A stretch of 64,000 nucleotides of DNA from a bacterium (lineage in GTDB: Bacteria > SAR324 > NAC60-12): contig OZ242383.1 of NCBI GenBank assembly GCA_965209155.1, positions 1,568,001-1,632,000 of the forward strand. The letters run 5' to 3'. The position numbers and the translations under genes are program-made. Under the pieces are notes generated by a model. That model searched no databases and was not told the origin of the DNA. It was given only the letters and a program-made list of their open reading frames with translations. Below, one piece after another: positions 1 through 8,670 of the stretch; position 1 is the first letter of the stretch, and every line of letters starts with the position of its first letter.

Positions 1-385
1 TACATTCGCCTCGAGTCCGCTGCAAGCGGCGGCAGGCACGGCTGTTATCGACGTGATCGAAAGCGAAGGGCTGCGTGAAAGTGTTGCGCAGGTCGGCAAT
101 TACCTGCTCAGTGAACTGGGGAAATTACAGGCTCGTTGTGAGTCGATGGGCGATGTCCGGGGACACGGCCTGTTCATCGGCATAGAGTGGGTGAGCGACC
201 GGGCTGCTAAAATTCCGGATTCCGATGGTGCAGCCGTCATCGTGAATCGCTTGAAGGAGAAGGGCTTCCTCATCAGCAACGCGGGCGCCCTGGGCAATGT
301 CCTCAAGATTCGTCCCCCGCTGGTTTTCAAACAGGAACATGCCGACCTGTTTCTCAGCGCATTTGACGAGATGATACCTGAGTGA
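1..385 (+). CDS. Class III (AGXT2-like) PLP aminotransferase / phospho-lyase, C-terminal part (5' end outside window)
   Basis: Frame open from window start (TFASSPLQAAAG); motifs GDVRGHGLFIGIE and NVLKIRPPL. Confidence 0.85.
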   Translation, partial: TFASSPLQAAAGTAVIDVIESEGLRESVAQVGNYLLSELGKLQARCESMGDVRGHGLFIGIEWVSDRAAKIPDSDGAAVIVNRLKEKGFLISNAGALGNVLKIRPPLVFKQEHADLFLSAFDEMIPE

Positions 386-397
386 TGGGGGTGATGG

Positions 398-1384
398 ATG
401 ATAGTGACGGATGACCTCCTGCATAGGGCCGCCAAACGGGCGTTGGTTGAGTGGGATCTCTCTGTCACAAAGATCGCTCTCATCTCCAAATCCGAGAATA
501 TTGTCTTTCGCCTTGATACGGATATGGACGAAACTTACGTCCTGCGTATTCATCGTCCCGGCTATCACACCCTGACGGAACTGAACGCGGAGCAACTGTG
601 GACTGCGGCATTGAATCAAGCTGGTCTCAACGTACCTGTCCCCAAAATGACAGTGGACGGTCGCGGCTACACCCGCGTCTCCATGCCCGGATCGGCCGGG
701 GAACGACACGTGGGTATCGTTGAATGGTTCGAGGGTGAGCCGCTCAGCGCTATGCTGAAGCAAATCTCTGATACGCAGGTGCATGTGACCTATTTCGATC
801 AGCTTGGCCGTATTGCCGCCCGGATCCACAACCAGGCTACGGAGTGGCCGATTCCCGCCGGCTTTCAGCGTCACGCTTTCGATGCGGATGGGTTGGTGGG
901 CAATACTCCTTTCTGGGGACCGTTTTGGAATCTCCCCATGCTGACCAAGGCAGAGCGTAAGCGTATTCTCAGCGCCCGCGCGTCAATCTACCGGATATTG
1001 TCCGATTACGGTAAAGAGCAGAGAATTTTTAGCCTGATTCACTCCGACCTCCACCCCAGGAATCTGCTCCTGAACGGCGAAAAACTGCACGTGATCGACT
1101 TTGATGACTCGGGTTTTGGCTGGCATCAATATGAGCTGGCAGTTGCCCTCTACCAATACCAGGACAGCCCTCATTTTGATTTACTGTTTAAGGCGCTGAT
1201 TGAGGGATACCGTGCCGAACGTCCGCTCGATGACGCAGCATTGGAACTGGTTTCGCTCTTTCTCCTGGTCCGCTCCATGGTATCCATTGGCTGGACTTAC
1301 GCTCGTCCGGAACTGAAACTGTATGGCAGACTGCCGGGATTGATCGCGCGAGTTTGTGAACAGGCAGACGAATTGGGGTTATGA
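398..1384 (+). CDS. APH/homoserine-kinase-II-like phosphotransferase
   Basis: SENIVFRL, VLRIHRPGY, Brenner motif IHSDLHPRN and VIDFDD. Confidence 0.85.
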   Translation: MIVTDDLLHRAAKRALVEWDLSVTKIALISKSENIVFRLDTDMDETYVLRIHRPGYHTLTELNAEQLWTAALNQAGLNVPVPKMTVDGRGYTRVSMPGSAGERHVGIVEWFEGEPLSAMLKQISDTQVHVTYFDQLGRIAARIHNQATEWPIPAGFQRHAFDADGLVGNTPFWGPFWNLPMLTKAERKRILSARASIYRILSDYGKEQRIFSLIHSDLHPRNLLLNGEKLHVIDFDDSGFGWHQYELAVALYQYQDSPHFDLLFKALIEGYRAERPLDDAALELVSLFLLVRSMVSIGWTYARPELKLYGRLPGLIARVCEQADELGL

Positions 1385-1658
1385 AGGTGATGTAATCAAA
1401 GCTCTCTTGTCCAAGAGTCGGATGAGAAAAAGAATCGATTGAGTCTCCCGGTCTTTCAACACTCCCGGGAAAAACAACTTCGGCATCACTCTGGGGGACA
1501 TCGTGTCGACCTTGACTGGCGAGCAGGAGAAGCTTAACGACAAGTTCTCCCATTTTTCACCATATCGGAAGAAGAAAGGAAAAACTTGTAAATTTACTCT
1601 GCTTGATGATTGAACCGGCTGTGATGAAAATCGGGAGAAACGTATGGTTAGCCGGCTG

Positions 1659-1958
1659 CTAAGCCACTTCTAAAGGCTGGATACTCTCAAGAACTCCTAC
1701 CAGTTCACACTCTTTTTTTCGAACTTCCAATTCGGTTTGGATATTCAGTAGATATTTGGGATCAATTCCAAAATATTTCCCTAATTTTAGAGCTACCTCT
1801 GAAGATAATGCTCGTTTTCCATGAAGGACATTACCTAAAGTCATCTGGGGAATTCCCGTGTCTTTACAAACTCGGTAGGCAGACACTTCGTAAGCTTCGA
1901 GCAACTCTTCCATAATGATACTTCCTATATGATCCAGCTCTATCCCTTCTTTACTCAT
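1659..1958 (-). CDS. higA: HigA-family antitoxin (XRE HTH)
   Basis: HIGSII.EELL...ALKLGKYFG....LLNIQ pattern; directly downstream of higB. Confidence 0.85.
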   Translation of the reverse strand: MSKEGIELDHIGSIIMEELLEAYEVSAYRVCKDTGIPQMTLGNVLHGKRALSSEVALKLGKYFGIDPKYLLNIQTELEVRKKECELVGVLESIQPLEVA

Positions 1959-1973
1959 GAGATTCTCCTAATG

Positions 1974-2249
1974 CTAATCTGTGATTTCCACTTCCTGTGC
2001 GTTGCCTGTTTCCCACTTGAAACAGATACGCCATTGTTTATTGATTCGTATACTGTATTGTCCTTGACGATCACCCGTGAGAGGTTCCAGCCGATTTGCT
2101 GGAAAACTTTTTAGATGCTCTAAGGTCGTTGCTTGATTCAACAAAATCAACTTCCTTAAAGCTCGCTTGTGCAATTCGACTGAAAGCCGCCTCGAATGCT
2201 GACCCTCGAAGATTTTTTCCGTTTCCTTGTCTTTGAAAGATTGAATCAT
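1974..2249 (-). CDS. higB: HigB toxin with premature amber stop at the conserved C-terminal Tyr (D-stop-H-stop); probably inactive
   Basis: [14 protein letters not shown]...[26 protein letters not shown]; 3' end reads GAT TAG CAT TAG at 1979-1968. Confidence 0.85.
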   Translation of the reverse strand: MIQSFKDKETEKIFEGQHSRRLSVELHKRALRKLILLNQATTLEHLKSFPANRLEPLTGDRQGQYSIRINKQWRICFKWETGNAQEVEITD

Positions 2250-2347
2250 GATGGTTCGTATTTGGTGTCTCCAAAAGAGATTATTACCCAAATTGAGTTG
2301 TATATCAAGAGAAATTGAAAGAATCGATCATGCAGTTTTGTTGATTG

Positions 2348-2458
2348 GTAACTATTCAGGAATCTTCAGAGAACCCATCGATTCCCCACCTCGAGGCTCT
2401 TCAAGAAGCCAGTCCACTCTTTGAAAAAGAACGAGAACCATGGAAGCAAGAGCGCTTA
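2348..2458 (+). mobile_element. IS66-family left-end remnant (internally deleted)
   Basis: Begins GTAACTATTCAG; 2376-2458 closely matches 18345-18427. Confidence 0.65.
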
Positions 2459-2459
2459 G

Positions 2460-2872
2460 CACTCTGATTTACCTCCCTGGCGAGCAAACGGGCCTCACCT
2501 TCGCTTACCAACCGCCCATGTTCAGGCCCTTCGAGAACTATCCGATGGAGTTACTTCCTGAGGTGTAAGAGGAAGCCTCCCAAGAGCTTCTCGATCTCCT
2601 GGGCTTCAAAGTCTGGTTCGGCATTGGCCACCGGGGCGACTTTAACGCGGAGCGCATCTCGCGCGACACACCGATCATCGGGGAGCTGAAGCCGTGAGCG
2701 AGGCTTCGTAATTGGGAGACAGCCAAGGAAAATTGTGAGTATGACGCGTCAGGGCCGGTTGACCGCTCCTGGCCTGATCCAGCCCCTCGTTTCGCTTGAC
2801 AAATTCCAGGAGGTCTGGCGCCTGATCCAGGTCCACCCGGAAGAGGTGGTCAAATTTGGAATCCGCTTTTGA
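2460..2872 (+). pseudogene. GC-rich coding debris, including a probable Zn-alcohol-dehydrogenase-like C-terminus (..RLIQVHPEEVVKFGIRF*)
   Basis: Short protein-like frames broken by stops; composition differs from flanks. Confidence 0.35.
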
Positions 2873-3153
2873 AAAAGGAGAGAAAAGAATAAGAGAGGGC
2901 AGCATGCAACGAGAGTCCAATGGAGATGAATAAGATCAAAGGGAAGGACAAAGCAAGCGCGAATTGGTAGCACAGAACAAAAGCAATAAAAAATTCAACA
3001 GGCTGCCCATCTCCCCAAGAAACCTGCCAAATAATCAAAAAAAGAATCCATAAATTTCCATTTACATGCCTGTTTCTAGTTGCTAGGATCTCGTGTAAAT
3101 TTTGATTTTTCTATGTGGTTAAATTACATAAATTACTAGTCTGGAGTAAAGAT

Positions 3154-4407
3154 ATGAAAATAGAAGCTATTAATACTTATGTTGTTGATGCTGGTTGGAG
3201 ACCTTGGCAATTCACTGAAATTATTACTGACTCAGGAATAGCTGGATATGGAGAAATGTCAGATAACAGAAACCCATGGGGTATAGTCGGTTCTGTTGAA
3301 GATTTCAAACCATTATTATCAGGAAGAGATCCTTTAAATATTCAATCAATTTACTGGGATTTACAACGAATGGCTATCCAATCAAGAGGAGGAATAGCCC
3401 TTAAGGCTATTGCGGGTATTGAATTGGCACTATGGGATATAAAAGGGAAGCATCATGGTGTCCCTGTTTATGATCTTTTTGGTGGAAAGGTTAGAGATAA
3501 ACAAAAAATTTATTGGTCTCATTGTGGAACATCCAGGGCTATAAATTATGAACAATTAGGAGTTAATCCTCTAAATTCAAGACAGGATATTATAAATCTA
3601 GGTAAAGAAGTCAAAGACAAAGGCTATACTTCGCTAAAAACAAATATCATAGTCCGCCCCGATTCTCCTTTAAGTAATCCTCCAGAAAGTACTTATGTTT
3701 TTTTTGGTGGTTTTGGAGGAGGATTCGGAACTACTGACCAAAGCTTGGAATACACGGCTGATAATCAAATTTTTATTAATTATGAACTTTTGGATGTAAT
3801 AGAAGATCATATTAGTGCATTACAAGAAGGCTCTGAGGGTAAAGTAACTATTGGTCTTGATCTGAATTTTAATTTCAAACCTCAAGCAGTTAAGAAGATT
3901 TGCAAAGTTTTAGAAAATTATAATATGATGTGGATTGAAATAGATATGTATGAGCCTGATGGATTGAGAGAAATAACTGCTTCTACTGATGTTCCTGTTA
4001 CTTCAGGAGAAAATCTGTTGGGAATAACTGATTACAGGCCTTATTTTGATAAAAGATCAATGGATGTAGCAATGATTGATGTCCCATGGCAAGGATTCAT
4101 AAATGCTAAAGAAGTCGCAGCTCTTGCAGCAAGCCATCAAATAAACATTGCTCCACACAATTATTATTCTCATTTATCAACTATGATTTCATTAAATTTA
4201 TGCGCAAACGTTCCAAATGTCAGGATAATGGAAATCGATATAGATGATGTAGAGTGGAAAGATGAAATGACAGGAGGCCCATTAAACATAAAAAATGGAG
4301 TCGTAGATATACCAGAAGGAGCTGGTTGGGGTGTTAATATTGACACAGAGGTTTTAAAAAAACATCCATGGCAAAAAGGAAAAGGTCCTGCATATACAAA
4401 TAAATAA
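3154..4407 (+). CDS. Mandelate racemase/muconate lactonizing enzyme (enolase superfamily) protein
   Basis: AIAGIELALWDIKGK...PVYDLFGG; metal ligands in GLDLN, WIEID, SGENL; APHN; GGAG before ATG 3154; markedly AT-rich. Confidence 0.9.
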   Translation: MKIEAINTYVVDAGWRPWQFTEIITDSGIAGYGEMSDNRNPWGIVGSVEDFKPLLSGRDPLNIQSIYWDLQRMAIQSRGGIALKAIAGIELALWDIKGKHHGVPVYDLFGGKVRDKQKIYWSHCGTSRAINYEQLGVNPLNSRQDIINLGKEVKDKGYTSLKTNIIVRPDSPLSNPPESTYVFFGGFGGGFGTTDQSLEYTADNQIFINYELLDVIEDHISALQEGSEGKVTIGLDLNFNFKPQAVKKICKVLENYNMMWIEIDMYEPDGLREITASTDVPVTSGENLLGITDYRPYFDKRSMDVAMIDVPWQGFINAKEVAALAASHQINIAPHNYYSHLSTMISLNLCANVPNVRIMEIDIDDVEWKDEMTGGPLNIKNGVVDIPEGAGWGVNIDTEVLKKHPWQKGKGPAYTNK

Positions 4408-4430
4408 CTAGTTAGAATATGAGGAAATAA

Positions 4431-5015
4431 CGGTTCCGCTTGTTTGTTCAAATGCTGGCAGGGCTTTCCGGCAATATTCTCAATTACTCTCAAGTGGCCA
4501 GGACCTTAGGAGTGTCCCAGCCGACGGTCAAAGAATACTTTGAAATTGCGCATGGCACTTATCTCTGGCGTCAACTTGCGCCGTATGAAAAAAATGTCAA
4601 CAAACGCATTGTGAAACACCCCAAGGGGTATTTGAGAGATTCGGGGCTCTTACATCATCTCCTGCGGATTCAAGAGGTGAAGCATTTGTTGTCTCATCCC
4701 AATTTTGGGTTTTCTTGGGAAGCGATGGTCATTGAAGAGATCTTACGAGGGTTGAATTGTTTAGGTGTCGGGTTTGATTATTACTACTACCGGACTGCCA
4801 AAGGTGCTGAAATCGATCTGATTATCGAAAGCAAATATGGCCTGATTCCCATCGCGATTAAATATCATCAAAGTATTTCCCTCCATCAACTGAGAGGCAT
4901 CCGAGAATTCATCCATGAAAAAAATTGCCCCTTTGGCTTGCTCATCAACAATGAGGAAAAGGTGCGGTTTTATGATGAAACCCTGATCGGCCTTCCATTT
5001 TCCCACCTGATTTGA
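4431..5015 (+). pseudogene. AAA_14/DUF4143 ATP-binding protein, C-terminal fragment (ATPase domain missing)
   Basis: KHPKGYLRDSGLLHHLL, YYYRTAKGAEIDLII; frame closed upstream by TAA at 4428, no P-loop. Confidence 0.75.
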
Positions 5016-5059
5016 GAAACGGAGGGGGTGAGGGAATAATTTATATAAATCGGATAGGT

Positions 5060-5187
5060 GTAACTATTCAGGTATCTTCAGAAAACCCAACGATTTAAGT
5101 ACAGATTTTACGTGGCATAAAGGCCGGAAAGGACTTTATTCTCTCGGCGGAGTGAACCTTCTCTTTTTGGCTCATGATCATAAAGAA
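5060..5187 (+). mobile_element. IS66-family left-end remnant fused to a segment also found at 19057-19095
   Basis: GTAACTATTCAG start; similarity to 18230-18316 and to 19057-19095. Confidence 0.65.
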
Positions 5188-5191
5188 TTTG

Positions 5192-5407
5192 TTAGGCGGC
5201 GTGAATCTCAATAAATTCACTTTCTGAAGAATTTGGTGGAATAGATTCACCTCGTTCAAGGAGATTTTCAATATGAAAATCAATAGCTTCTCGAATCAAT
5301 TCGACTACCTCTTCACGAGTTTCTGCTACGACAATGCAACCAGGGAGATCAGGAACATGTGCTCCCCAACTAGATTTTCCTTTCTCAATTACAACTAAAT
5401 ATCGCAT
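5192..5407 (-). CDS. hicB: HicB-family antitoxin
   Basis: MRYLVVIEKG..SWGAHVPDLPGC...ETREE....IREAI.FHIE; AAGGAG before ATG. Confidence 0.9.
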   Translation of the reverse strand: MRYLVVIEKGKSSWGAHVPDLPGCIVVAETREEVVELIREAIDFHIENLLERGESIPPNSSESEFIEIHAA

Positions 5408-5411
5408 TGTT

Positions 5412-5528
5412 TTACTCCTTAAGACCGGCTTGTTTAAGAACACTATTCAGTGTGCCCGGAGGAACATCAACGGCAGATTTTCCTGCAATAGTCACTGTAC
5501 CACGTTTGATGGAGTGATGGAATTGGCG
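5412..5528 (-). pseudogene. hicA: HicA toxin, C-terminal half only
   Basis: Translates RQFHHSIKRGTVTIAGKSAVDVPPGTLNSVLKQAGLKE*; the GSH motif and N-terminus are replaced by dppB DNA. Confidence 0.8.
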
Positions 5529-5654
5529 GATGTGCCTGGCTACGTCCAGTATGCACGCTGGTTGGCCGGTATTTTCCGGCAAGGCAGTCTTGGCGAATCC
5601 CTGATGGGTCGAGGGACGGTGGAAGAGCAGATAATCAGTAGACTCCCAGTCACC
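5528..5654 (+). repeat. 127-bp fragment of a dppB-like permease, near-copy of 8856-8982
   Basis: Direct alignment by eye, about 8 mismatches in 127 bp. Confidence 0.9.
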
Positions 5655-5707
5655 TGATAAGCGCGCTAAAAATTGTAAAAATACTCGCTTGCTGAATTGT
5701 CTGTCTT

Positions 5708-6019
5708 TTAACTGGCTTTTTGTTGATACTTCATATGATTCACTTCAAAGACCACTTCAGGATGTTGCTCGGCAATTTTTAATAAAACTCTGGCAGGTCC
5801 TTGGGGTCTGCGACGCTCCTGTTCCCAACCTTGCAGCGTACTCACACTGATTCCAAGTAAGGTCGCAAATTGAGATTGGGATAATTTTAACTTGTTTCGA
5901 ATCTGCTTTACCTGGGGCTCCGGATAGTGATTGACTTTAGCAGGTTTCAATTTTCCCTGCCTGATCGCTCCCGCTTGTCGAATACTTTCCTTTAGTTCTT
6001 CAAACATCGCTTCTTTCAT
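5708..6019 (-). CDS. XRE-HTH antitoxin (NadS/HigA2-like)
   Basis: IRNKLKLSQSQFATLLGISVSTLQGWEQERRRPQGPARVLL. Confidence 0.85.
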   Translation of the reverse strand: MKEAMFEELKESIRQAGAIRQGKLKPAKVNHYPEPQVKQIRNKLKLSQSQFATLLGISVSTLQGWEQERRRPQGPARVLLKIAEQHPEVVFEVNHMKYQQKAS

Positions 6020-6099
6020 TTTAACTCCTCTTGCACCAAATATTTAAGATCTTTGATTTGATCTTTTGACAGATCCTCTTGCTTATTTTTAGGATATTG
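6016..6099 (-). pseudogene. RelE/HigB2-like toxin, C-terminal remnant
   Basis: QYPKNKQEDLSKDQIKDLKYLVQEELK*, with ATGA overlap onto the antitoxin start; N-terminus absent. Confidence 0.7.
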
Positions 6100-6430
6100 A
6101 TTAAAAAAAACATATTGACTTCTTGTTCTAGATATGAGAAAATTTGTAAAAGTCGCTGTAGTGAAATAGCTTTTAGCCGTCCGTTGTCAGTTATCAGCTT
6201 TTGAATCAAATTGATATACAGTTTTTTTGTAAGTGAAAACCGATAGCTGAGAACAGATAGCCTTTAATGCTTGTAAAATTCTTGCAGAGCGATTATACAA
6301 TAGTTTCTTCCAAAGACGGAAGGGTAATACAGAAATCCTTCGCCAAGATGACATGAAAATCTGAAATCAACCCGTTTCAAGTATAAAAAACATCTTGATA
6401 ATGAGGTGGTTATGAGAGTAAACTTTAAAG

Positions 6431-6552
6431 CCAGCTCCCAGCTCCCAGCTCCCAGCTCCCAGCTCCCAGCTCCCAGCTCCCATAAAAGTAAGTTCCGAGC
6501 ACCAAGCTCCTGGTTCCCAATCACTAACTCCAATTCACAAATCACAAGTTCT
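6431..6552. repeat. Heptamer tandem repeat (CCAGCTC)x7 followed by degenerate heptamers
   Basis: Seven perfect units at 6431-6479; degenerate 7-nt periodicity at about 6498-6552. Confidence 0.95.
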
Positions 6553-6655
6553 ACCTCGTGGTGTGATCTCGACATCAGGCAGAGATCCTTAAGATTCTTC
6601 GTTCCAAATCCCAAGTTCCAGGATAGGAAGGGCAAGGGAGAATTTGGGAAATCAT

Positions 6656-6678
6656 GGACGCCCGAGTGCGTCTTTTTT
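6656..6678 (+). terminator. Putative intrinsic terminator upstream of the ABC binding-protein gene
   Basis: GGACGC-CCGAGT-GCGTCT hairpin followed by a T-run. Confidence 0.45.
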
Positions 6679-6850
6679 ATTCATTATTTTTTATCAGGAG
6701 AAGACTATGGTGAAATCACGTATGCGGAAAATGAATTTTTGTTCTTTCAATCTGAATCAAAATAGAGGAGGAGGTATGTCTTTAAAAAAACGAATGAACG
6801 CAGGTTTCCAATCAATCCGTAATTTTGAACATCAAATCAAAAGGAAAAAG

Positions 6851-8608
6851 ATGGATAATCAATGGAGTATTTCAAAATTCAGTGCAACCCTGCTGGCCTT
6901 TATCATGGGGCTGGCAATTTTACTGGGCAGTCCGGCAGCCATGGCTGCCGAGAAAATGATGGTCAAAGATCCCAGCACCGGAAAAATGGTAGTCGCGCCG
7001 GAGTATGGCGGGAGCCTGACCTTCACTAAGAGAGGTTGGCCAGCAAATACGGACACCTTGGCCGGTGGCAGGTGGGCGTCCCAGTTGGTCTTTGCCGTGC
7101 TGGATAAGCCGTCTGTCGCGGACTGGGGAATCAATAGAGACACATATGCGTTGCATATGCCTTGGCCACCGGTAGATTTCCTCAGAGGGTCCCTGGTGGA
7201 ACAATGGGTGCAACCGGACGCCATCACCATTATCTTCCACCTCCGCAAGGGTGTGCACTGGCATGACAAGGCGCCGATGAATGGGAGAGAATTTACCGCG
7301 GATGACATGGTATTTAATTTTCACCGTATGCTGGGTCTGGGCAGCGGCTTCACCGAAGCAAGCCCCCAGTTGACGGCTCAACTTGCTCCGATCAAAGTCG
7401 AGTCGGTAACGGCCAGAGACAAATACACGGTTGTCTTCAAGCTAAGCGAGCCAAACATTGGGGCGCTGCAGGGTCTCGTCGACGATGAAACCGCTTATAT
7501 GTATCCTCCCGAGGTCATCAAGCAGCACGGGGATGCTAAGGATTGGAAGGTCTTGGTCGGCACCGGACCTTTTGAGCTGACTGACGTGGTCGAGGAATCC
7601 TCGGCAACCTGGACCAGGAATCCCAACTACTGGGGCTACGACGAAAAATACCCGGAGAACCGCCTGCCCTATATTGACGAGTTAAGGGCTCTGTTTTTGC
7701 CGGAAGTGGAGACGTTAATCTCGGCAATACGCACCCGTAAGGTTGATATCAGCCATAGGATGAGTGGCATTGACCAGGCAATCAGCCTTCAGCAGACCAA
7801 CCCCGAAATCCAGGTGTTTAAGGTGTTTTTCCGGTCGAATGAATCGTTTGGTGTGAACGTTCAAAAGAAGCCCTTTGACGACATCAGGGTGCGCAAGGCC
7901 ATGCAGATGGCACTGGACCTGGAAACAGCCAACAAGGCTTACTTTCATGGGTTGGCAGAAATGACACCTGTTGGGAGAAGCCGGTTCCCGGGGCAATTCG
8001 TTCCCTTTGCAGAGTGGCCCGAAGAGGTCAAGAAGGTCTTTGCCTACGACCCGGAAGGGGCAGAGGCGTTGCTGGATGAAGCCGGATATCCCCGTGGCTC
8101 GGATGGCATTCGATTCAAGACCGTGTTGAAATGGATAGATTCTTTCAATGTGGGTTATGCGGAATTAGCCACTGGATTCTGGCGTGAAATTGGCGTTGAT
8201 GTAGAGCTTGAGCTGATTCCCGGTGCCGAATTTACTCCTGTCACGGGTGATAGGGATTACGAAATGATCGTCAGCATAACGGCAAACCTCAGCCCTGGAT
8301 ACATCCACTATTCCTCAGGGTTCAACTGGAACACAGCCAACCCACAAGACCCGTGGTATGAAGCCAAGGTCGAAGCCGCCGACGCGGCTAACTCGCGCGA
8401 GGAGCTGCACGCACTGGCTCGCGAGATGGACCTGTATGCGAATGCGCAGTTCTGGACCATATGGGGTGGTATGGCCCCACAGCTTGTCCTGGCGCAGCCC
8501 TGGGTCCATGGGTATAGCAGTGAACTGAACCTGGGAAGCGGTCAATATTGGCTCCAGTATTCCCGCATGTGGATTGACTCAGCACTGAAGAAAGAAATGG
8601 GGCATTAA
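6851..8608 (+). CDS. Peptide/nickel ABC transporter substrate-binding protein (family 5), copy 1
   Basis: Signal peptide ending AAMA; PEYGGSL, HLRKGVHWH, VGTGPF, PFDDIRVRKAMQMALD; alternative in-frame starts at 6707 and 6776. Confidence 0.9.
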   Translation: MDNQWSISKFSATLLAFIMGLAILLGSPAAMAAEKMMVKDPSTGKMVVAPEYGGSLTFTKRGWPANTDTLAGGRWASQLVFAVLDKPSVADWGINRDTYALHMPWPPVDFLRGSLVEQWVQPDAITIIFHLRKGVHWHDKAPMNGREFTADDMVFNFHRMLGLGSGFTEASPQLTAQLAPIKVESVTARDKYTVVFKLSEPNIGALQGLVDDETAYMYPPEVIKQHGDAKDWKVLVGTGPFELTDVVEESSATWTRNPNYWGYDEKYPENRLPYIDELRALFLPEVETLISAIRTRKVDISHRMSGIDQAISLQQTNPEIQVFKVFFRSNESFGVNVQKKPFDDIRVRKAMQMALDLETANKAYFHGLAEMTPVGRSRFPGQFVPFAEWPEEVKKVFAYDPEGAEALLDEAGYPRGSDGIRFKTVLKWIDSFNVGYAELATGFWREIGVDVELELIPGAEFTPVTGDRDYEMIVSITANLSPGYIHYSSGFNWNTANPQDPWYEAKVEAADAANSREELHALAREMDLYANAQFWTIWGGMAPQLVLAQPWVHGYSSELNLGSGQYWLQYSRMWIDSALKKEMGH

Positions 8609-8627
8609 AAGCTGTGTTAAAACCTTG

Positions 8628-8664
8628 TTCCCCCTCCCTTGGTGGGAGGGGTTAGGGGAGGGGG
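8628..8664. repeat. CCCCTCCC/GGGAGGGG-type intergenic palindromic repeat
   Basis: CCCCTCCC-TTGGT-GGGAGGGG-TTAGGGGAGGGGG. Confidence 0.55.
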
Positions 8665-8670
8665 CATCAT

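Noticed and set aside
6264..6765. ORFs 6264-6635(-) and 6406-6765(+) as proteins
   Set aside because: Translations (WELGAGS, SSQLPAP) are products of the heptamer repeat
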